Source: a virus
Taxonomy: Duplodnaviria; Heunggongvirae; Uroviricota; Caudoviricetes
Virus record (IMG/VR): IMGVR_UViG_2529292911_000009
Length of the DNA: 44,421 nt
Direction: 5' to 3' (one strand)
Positions within the stretch are counted from its first letter, which is position 1, and each line of letters starts with the position of its first letter. The position numbers and the translations under genes are program-made. Positions 38,408 to 44,421 of this stretch are shown one piece after another. The notes beneath the pieces are model-generated. The model searched no databases and had not been told where the DNA came from. It saw only the letters and a program-made list of their open reading frames with translations.

Positions 38408-40849
38408 ATGAGCACTGATAAAGAAGAATTTGCACTATATTGCGAAGCAAAAAATGACAAAGTAAGAAAACGCCTAGGAATTAAAGGTGGTTTTTACTGG
38501 ACTACAGCAAAAAAATTATCTGTTGCAATCTCCCGCTGCATTACCGCAATGGATGACAACGATTATGATGAAGACGACTTTAAAAAACCCGTCCGCGTCA
38601 ATTTGCCCGTTGTTGACGACCTTCCGCCAGAAGGCGTGTTTGATACTGAATTCTGCAACCGCTATGAAAAAGGCGGGAAAGATGGCATCACAATGACATT
38701 TATCGGCCCTTCCCCCTCTGTTCAGGACAAACCAGCCAGCACTGACAATACCAACATCAACGGCGAAGACATGGCTGAGATTGAGGAGAGCATGCTTCTG
38801 CCTGTCTCCGGTCAGGAACTGCCCATTCGTTGGCTTGCTCAACACGGCAGCGAAAAACCAGTAACGCACGTTTCACGCGACGAACTCCAGGCATTACACA
38901 TTGCACGGGCTGAAGAACTACCGGCTGTTACTGCCCTGGCTATTTCGCATAAAACCAGTCTGCTCGACTCGCTGGAGATTCGCGACCTCCACAAACTGGT
39001 TCGTGACACTGACAAAGTTTTCCCTAATCCTGGTAATTCAGACCTGGGACTAATAACTGCTTTTTTCGAAGCATACCTGGACGCTGACTACACTGATCGG
39101 GGTCTGCTGACAAAAGAGTGGATGAAAGGAAATCGTGTTTCACGCATCACCCGCACGGCTTCCGGTGCTAATGCTGGCGGTGGGAACAAAACCGATCGCA
39201 ATCCGAATTTAGTACACACCCTCGACACACTGGATGTGGAGATTGCAGCAGCCACACTTCCGATGGATTTTAATATTTATGAAATTCCGGGCAGCGTTTA
39301 TCGTCGCGCAAAAGAAGTAGTCCTGAACAAAGAAAGTCCGTTCAAAGAATGGTCCGCAGCACTTCGTGCAACCCCGGGTATTCTGGACTATTCCCGCGCC
39401 GCTATTTTTGCACTTATCCGAAGCGCACACCCTGAATTTTATCACTACCCGGGACGCCTTCAGGGGTATATCAACGCCTATTTGACGGAAACTGATCACG
39501 AGAACCCCAGCAAGGAAACTCTCACAGCTGCCCGGCATACGCCGGAAAAAGATATCCTGGAAGAAATTAACCGCGAGGTGGTTACTGAGCGTGAAACAGA
39601 AGAAGAAAAACCACAACCATCTGACGCAATGGCAGGTGAACAGGCAACAACTGAAACAATGGAACCGGATACAACTGAACATGGCCAAAACGCGCAGTCG
39701 CTGGATGCTCAGTCGCAGGTGAGTTCCGCTAACCAAGTAAAAGTCACCGCTGACGAAGTAAACAAAATTATGCAGGCAGCCAATATCAGCCAGCCTGACG
39801 CCGATAAGTTACTTGCTGTATCGCGTGGTGAATTTGTTGAGGGGATTAGCGACCCGAATGATCCGAAATGGATTAAGGGGATCCAGACCCGCGATTCTGT
39901 GAACCAGAACCAGCAAGAAACGGAACAGAACGACCAGAAAGCGGAACAAAACAGCCCAAATACGCAACAAAACGAGCCAGAAACGAAACAACCTGAACCA
40001 GTAGTGCAACAGGAACCGGAAAAGATCTGCACCGCCTGCGGTCAGAGCGGTGGCGGCAACTGCCCTGATTGTGGTGCGGTGATGGGTGACGCAACATACC
40101 AGGAAATATTCGATGGAGAGAATCAGCCTGAAGTTCAGGAAAATGATCCGGAGGAAATGGAAGGCACTGCGCATCAGCACAAGGAGAACCCTGGCGGCAA
40201 TCAGCATCACGCCAGCGATAATAAAACTGGCGAGGCGACAGATCCCTTAATTAAGGTGAATGGTCATCATAAGCTCACATCCACCAGCAGAGCGGGGATT
40301 CATCTGATGATCGACCTTGAAACCATGGGAAAAAATCCCGATGCCCCGATTATCTCAATAGGCGCAATATTTTTCGATCCACAAACCGGAGATATGGGAC
40401 CGGAATTTAGCAAGACCATCGATCTGGATACTGCTGGCGGAGTCATTGATCGTGACGTCATTAAATGGTGGCTAAAGCAATCACGTGAAGCGCAGTCTGC
40501 CATTATGACCGATGAAATCCCGTTAGATGATGCACTACTGCAATTGCGGGAATTTATCGACGAAAACTCCGGTGAATTTTTTGTTCAGGTCTGGGGTAAT
40601 GGGGCCAACTTCGACAACGTGATTTTACGCCGTTCATACGAACGACAGGGTATCCCCTGCCCGTGGCGCTACTGCAACGATCGCGATGTACGCACAATCG
40701 TTGAGCTGGGGAAAGCCATAGACTTCGATGCCAGAACTGCTATCCCATTCGAAGGTGAGCGCCATAATGCACTTGATGACGCTCGTTACCAGGCAAAATA
40801 CGTTTCAGCTATCTGGCAAAAACTGATCCCGAGTCAGGCTGATTTTTAA
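38408..40849 (+). CDS. RecE-like protein with C-terminal DnaQ-like (DEDDh) 3'-5' exonuclease domain
   Basis: 813 aa. N-terminal and central parts resemble the non-catalytic part of Rac RecE as recalled, including CTACGQSGGGNCPDCG. The C-terminal roughly 200 aa carry DEDDh motifs MIDLETMG, NGANFDNVIL and HNALDDARY. Confidence 0.7.
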   Translation: MSTDKEEFALYCEAKNDKVRKRLGIKGGFYWTTAKKLSVAISRCITAMDDNDYDEDDFKKPVRVNLPVVDDLPPEGVFDTEFCNRYEKGGKDGITMTFIGPSPSVQDKPASTDNTNINGEDMAEIEESMLLPVSGQELPIRWLAQHGSEKPVTHVSRDELQALHIARAEELPAVTALAISHKTSLLDSLEIRDLHKLVRDTDKVFPNPGNSDLGLITAFFEAYLDADYTDRGLLTKEWMKGNRVSRITRTASGANAGGGNKTDRNPNLVHTLDTLDVEIAAATLPMDFNIYEIPGSVYRRAKEVVLNKESPFKEWSAALRATPGILDYSRAAIFALIRSAHPEFYHYPGRLQGYINAYLTETDHENPSKETLTAARHTPEKDILEEINREVVTERETEEEKPQPSDAMAGEQATTETMEPDTTEHGQNAQSLDAQSQVSSANQVKVTADEVNKIMQAANISQPDADKLLAVSRGEFVEGISDPNDPKWIKGIQTRDSVNQNQQETEQNDQKAEQNSPNTQQNEPETKQPEPVVQQEPEKICTACGQSGGGNCPDCGAVMGDATYQEIFDGENQPEVQENDPEEMEGTAHQHKENPGGNQHHASDNKTGEATDPLIKVNGHHKLTSTSRAGIHLMIDLETMGKNPDAPIISIGAIFFDPQTGDMGPEFSKTIDLDTAGGVIDRDVIKWWLKQSREAQSAIMTDEIPLDDALLQLREFIDENSGEFFVQVWGNGANFDNVILRRSYERQGIPCPWRYCNDRDVRTIVELGKAIDFDARTAIPFEGERHNALDDARYQAKYVSAIWQKLIPSQADF

Positions 40850-40907
40850 TGTTCAACCCTAATTGCCGCTAACCGTATATAGTTAGCGGCGGTTATGAGA
40901 TATAGCT

Positions 40908-41111
40908 ATGAGCAGCTTATTTTTAACCGAAGATGAATTGCTAATATTAACGGGCTGCAAATATGCAAGCCACCAGCGAAAATGGTTAATGGAAAACGGG
41001 CTTCCGTTCTATACCAATCGTAGTGGCAAACCGATTGTCAGCCGGGATCTATTTACCTGCAATAAAACTTTACCACCACGCGAGGTAGAGCCGAATTTTG
41101 GTGCGATCTGA
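40908..41111 (+). CDS. excisionase-like protein
   Basis: 67 aa ORF immediately upstream of, and translationally coupled to, the integrase gene. Confidence 0.55.
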   Translation: MSSLFLTEDELLILTGCKYASHQRKWLMENGLPFYTNRSGKPIVSRDLFTCNKTLPPREVEPNFGAI

Positions 41112-42135
41112 TGGGAAGACGAAGGAAAAATCCTGAACACGAAAAATTACCTCCAAATGTATACCCAAATAAATATAGTTATGTATGGAAACCAACATCC
41201 AGAGAATCTGTCACACTAACCGCCATCAAGGATGGTTTAGCTGCTTTATGGAAAAAGTATGAGGAAACTGTAAATAATCGCGATCGTGCAATGACATTCG
41301 GTCGCTTGTGGGAAAAATTCCTCGCCAGCGCCTATTACAGTGACCTTAGTCCAAGAACACAAAAAGATTATCTGCAACATCAAAAAAAGTTGCTTGCCGT
41401 ATTCGGTAAGGTACCAGCGGATTCCATAAAACCAGAACACATCCGTCGATACATGGACAAAAGAGGGGAGCAGAGTAAAACGCAAGCCAACCATGAAAAA
41501 AGCAGTATGTCCCGTGTTTACAGTTGGGGGTATGAGCGAGGGTACGTGAAGGCTAACCCATGTGCAGGTGTAAGTAAATTCAAGGCCAAAAACCGCGAAC
41601 GATATGTAACCGACAAAGAATACCAGGCAGTATTAAGCGTTGCACCTCTTCCTGTTTTTATCGCAATGGAAATTGCCTATCTGTGTGCAGCGAGGGTTTC
41701 CGATGTGTTATCGCTGAAATGGGAACAGATTGGAAACGACGGGATATTCATCCAGCAAGGGAAACCGGAAAAAAACAGATAAAAGCATGGAGTCCACGAT
41801 TACAGGCAGCGATCGAAAAAGCAAAACAGTTACCAAAATCTGCCTATGTGATCAGCAATCAATACGGCAACCGATATATGTACAAAGGCTTTAACGAAAT
41901 GTGGGTAGATGCAAGAAATCGTGCTGGAAAAATTTCAGGTATTTTAACCGACTTCACCTTTCATGATCTGAAGGCGAAAGGAATTTCAGACTATGAAGGA
42001 AGCAGCCGGGATAAGCAACTTTTCTCTGGTCACAAAACCGAAGGGCAAGTGCTAATCTATGACAGGAAGGTTAAAGTTTCACCAACACTTGATGTCCCGT
42101 TACCTGAAAATATTCCAAGAAAATATTCCAAGTAA
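41111..42135 (+). pseudogene. int: tyrosine integrase, frame interrupted by a single-base deletion in a short A run
   Basis: ORFs 41111..41782 and 41683..42135 are one integrase in two frames. Restoring one A near 41762-41764 gives IFIQQGKTGKKQIKAW, a typical integrase motif. True pseudogene or sequencing indel. Confidence 0.75.
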
Positions 42136-42187
42136 TTCCAAGTGTGATTTTTGTCACTGACTTAATGATGTGTAAGTGATTGAATTT

Positions 42188-42277
42188 TGGCGGAGAGAGG
42201 GGGATTTGAACCCCCGGTGGAGTTGCCCCCACTCCGGTTTTCGAGACCGGTCCGTTCAGCCGCTCCGGCATCTCTCC
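42188..42277 (-). tRNA. serU: tRNA-Ser (anticodon CGA), serU-type
   Basis: 90 nt with long variable arm, anticodon loop CUCGAAA, CCA encoded. 5' end GGAGAGATGCCGGAGCGG. Confidence 0.85.
42203..42249. repeat. att-type direct repeat, right copy (inside intact tRNA-Ser)
   Basis: Matches 151-197 with 3 mismatches; two of them form a compensatory base-pair change in the tRNA variable arm. Confidence 0.75.
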
Positions 42278-42370
42278 GTTCAGATGGTTGCCATGATGCC
42301 AGGAAATTTGGCATTTTAACAGTCCCTGTCCGTGCAATTTTGTTCAAGTGACGAGTTTGCGAGCAAAACG

Positions 42371-43168
42371 ATGATTAAGTGGCCCTGGAAAGTACAAGAA
42401 TCAGCACATCAAACTGCCCTTCCCTGGCAGGAAGCACTATCGATCCCCCTTTTAACGGGTCTGACGGAACAGGAACAAAGCAAATTAGTCACTCTTGCCG
42501 AACGTTTTTTACAGCAAAAGCGGCTTGTTCCTTTACAGGGCTTTGAACTGGATTCATTAAGAAGCTGCCGGATAGCACTTCTATTTTGCCTACCCGTTCT
42601 GGAGTTAGGACTGGAATGGCTGGATGGTTTTCATGAAGTCTTAATTTATCCTGCGCCATTTGTGGTCGATGATGAATGGGAAGACGATATCGGTCTGGTG
42701 CATAACCAACGTATTGTTCAGTCAGGTCAGAGCTGGCAGCAAGGGCCTATCGTTTTGAACTGGTTGGATATACAAGATTCTTTTGATGCATCTGGTTTTA
42801 ACCTGATTATTCATGAAGTCGCTCATAAGCTGGACACCCGTAACGGCGATCGCGCCAGCGGAGTTCCCTTTATTTCGTTGCGTGAGGTTGCTGGCTGGGA
42901 ACACGATCTTCATGCTGCAATGAACAACATTCAGGAAGAAATCGAATTAGTTGGTGAGAATGCAGCGAGCATTGATGCTTATGCTGCCAGTGATCCTGCT
43001 GAATGTTTTGCCGTACTTTCTGAATATTTCTTTAGCGCCCCAGAACTTTTTGCTCCTCGTTTCCCTTCATTGTGGCAACGTTTCTGTCAATTTTATCAAC
43101 AAGATCCTTTGCAGAGACTGCATCACGCTAATGATACAGACTCGTTTTCGGCGACGAATGTTCATTAA
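42371..43168 (+). CDS. mtfA: MtfA (Mlc titration factor A, zinc peptidase-like)
   Basis: Starts MIKWPWK; contains HEVAHKLD zinc motif; sits between serU and asnT as in E. coli. Confidence 0.85.
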   Translation: MIKWPWKVQESAHQTALPWQEALSIPLLTGLTEQEQSKLVTLAERFLQQKRLVPLQGFELDSLRSCRIALLFCLPVLELGLEWLDGFHEVLIYPAPFVVDDEWEDDIGLVHNQRIVQSGQSWQQGPIVLNWLDIQDSFDASGFNLIIHEVAHKLDTRNGDRASGVPFISLREVAGWEHDLHAAMNNIQEEIELVGENAASIDAYAASDPAECFAVLSEYFFSAPELFAPRFPSLWQRFCQFYQQDPLQRLHHANDTDSFSATNVH

Positions 43169-43268
43169 TTAACAACTTTGCAGATTAATTAACCAATTGA
43201 AATGGCTTATGAAATTTAGTGTTGACAGACAAGGTACCGCTAAGTAATATGCGCTCCGTTCACACGAT

Positions 43269-43344
43269 TCCTCTGTAGTTCAGTCGGTAGAACGGCGGAC
43301 TGTTAATCCGTATGTCACTGGTTCGAGTCCAGTCAGAGGAGCCA
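43269..43344 (+). tRNA. asnT: tRNA-Asn (anticodon GUU)
   Basis: TCCTCTGTAGTTCAGTCGGTAGAACGGCGGACTGTTAATCCG...GAGCCA, anticodon loop CUGUUAA. Confidence 0.9.
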
Positions 43345-43504
43345 ATTTTCTGTTTTCATGCATCCTTGCAAATCTTTATCTGATGTTGATTCAACAGGTT
43401 AGTGTGAAAACTCTTCTCGGTGCATTCTGATTTTACCCTACGCATCGGGAAAAATTGGTGGTCAAATCTGGGATCAGGTTAGTTCGATAATGGAGTGACC
43501 CCCA

Positions 43505-44421
43505 TATGTTCCTTACCGACGCAAAAATCCGCACCCTCAAGCCTTCTGATAAACCCTTTAAAGTCTCCGATTCTCACGGTCTGTATCTGCTGGTCAAGCC
43601 GGGTGGCTCCCGCCACTGGTATCTCAAAGCTGGAGGTTGCGTCCCGCACACGGCAGCACCTGAGTAACATAATGCGCCATGCGGTCCATCAGGAGTTAAT
43701 CGATACGAACCCTGCAGCAAACCTTGGCGGCGTGACCACACCTCCTGTCAGACGGCACTATCCTGCCCTGCCGCTGGAGCGGCTGCCTGAACTGCTTGAA
43801 CGTATTGGGGCATATCATCAGGGCCGTGAACTGACCCGGCATGCCGTTCTGCTGATGCTGCATGTGTTCATTCGCTCCAGTGAACTGCGTTTCGCCCGCT
43901 GGTCAGAGATTGATTTCACAAACCGAGTCTGGACGATACCCGCGACGCGAGAACCCATTATTGGCGTGCGTTATTCCGGCCGCGGGGCAAAAATGCGAAT
44001 GCCGCATATCGTCCCCCTCTCAGAACAGTCCATCGCCATTCTGAAACAGATTAAGGATATCACCGGTAATAATGAACTGATCTTCCCCGGCGACCATAAC
44101 CCGTATAAGCCAATGTGTGAAAACACGGTCAATAAGGCACTGCGGGTGATGGGTTACGACACGAAAAAGGATATCTGCGGTCACGGCTTCCGGGCAATGG
44201 CATGCAGTGCGCTGATGGAATCGGGTTTATGGGCAAAGGACGCAGTAGAACGCCAGATGAGTCATCAGGAGCGCAATACCGTGCGCATGGCTTATATTCA
44301 TAAGGCAGAGCACCTAGAAGCCCGCAAAGCGATGATGCAGTGGTGGTCGGATTATCTGGAAGCATGCCGAGAATCTTATGCACCGCCTTATACAATTGGT
44401 AAAAATAAGTTTATCCCATAG
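43505..44421 (+). pseudogene. P4-type integrase remnant with internal out-of-frame deletion
   Basis: N-terminal MFLTDAKIRTLKPSDKPFKVSDSHGLYLLVKPGGSRHWYLK runs into a stop after 53 codons; the C-terminal catalytic region (HGFRAMACSALMESG...) continues in another frame. Roughly 115 aa appear to be missing. Confidence 0.75.

Noticed and set aside
39209-40210. Minus-strand ORFs of 175, 107 and 133 aa
   Set aside because: Antisense to the RecE-like gene within its low-complexity linker; Cys/Phe-rich frame artefacts.

Overview
The window is dominated by a roughly 42 kb lambdoid prophage (about 151-42249) inserted at a serU-type tRNA-Ser gene, followed by host mtfA, tRNA-Asn and a deleted P4-type integrase remnant. 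The prophage runs mostly on the minus strand: integrase and excisionase, a RecE-like exonuclease, a RacR/YdaS/YdaT-type immunity region, an O-like replication gene with internal iterons, a nin-like block of small genes, a Hok toxin, RusA, a putative Q antiterminator, four tightly packed tRNAs, a lysis cassette, HNH/TerS/TerL, HK97-type head genes, and a lambda-like tail (V, G/GT, H, M, L, K, I, J, Lom, Stf). All calls rest on reading the supplied ORF translations and the DNA by eye and on recalled family motifs; no searches were run. The best candidate for something undescribed is an AT-rich two-gene cassette next to hok (30361-31590) encoding a caspase-like (clan CD) peptidase split by a 1-nt indel in an A7 run. 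Also notable: a RecE-like protein whose C-terminus is a DnaQ-like exonuclease with no recT partner, four homopolymer frameshifts that may be sequencing indels, and a 530-bp structured noncoding region. No CRISPR array or IS element was seen.
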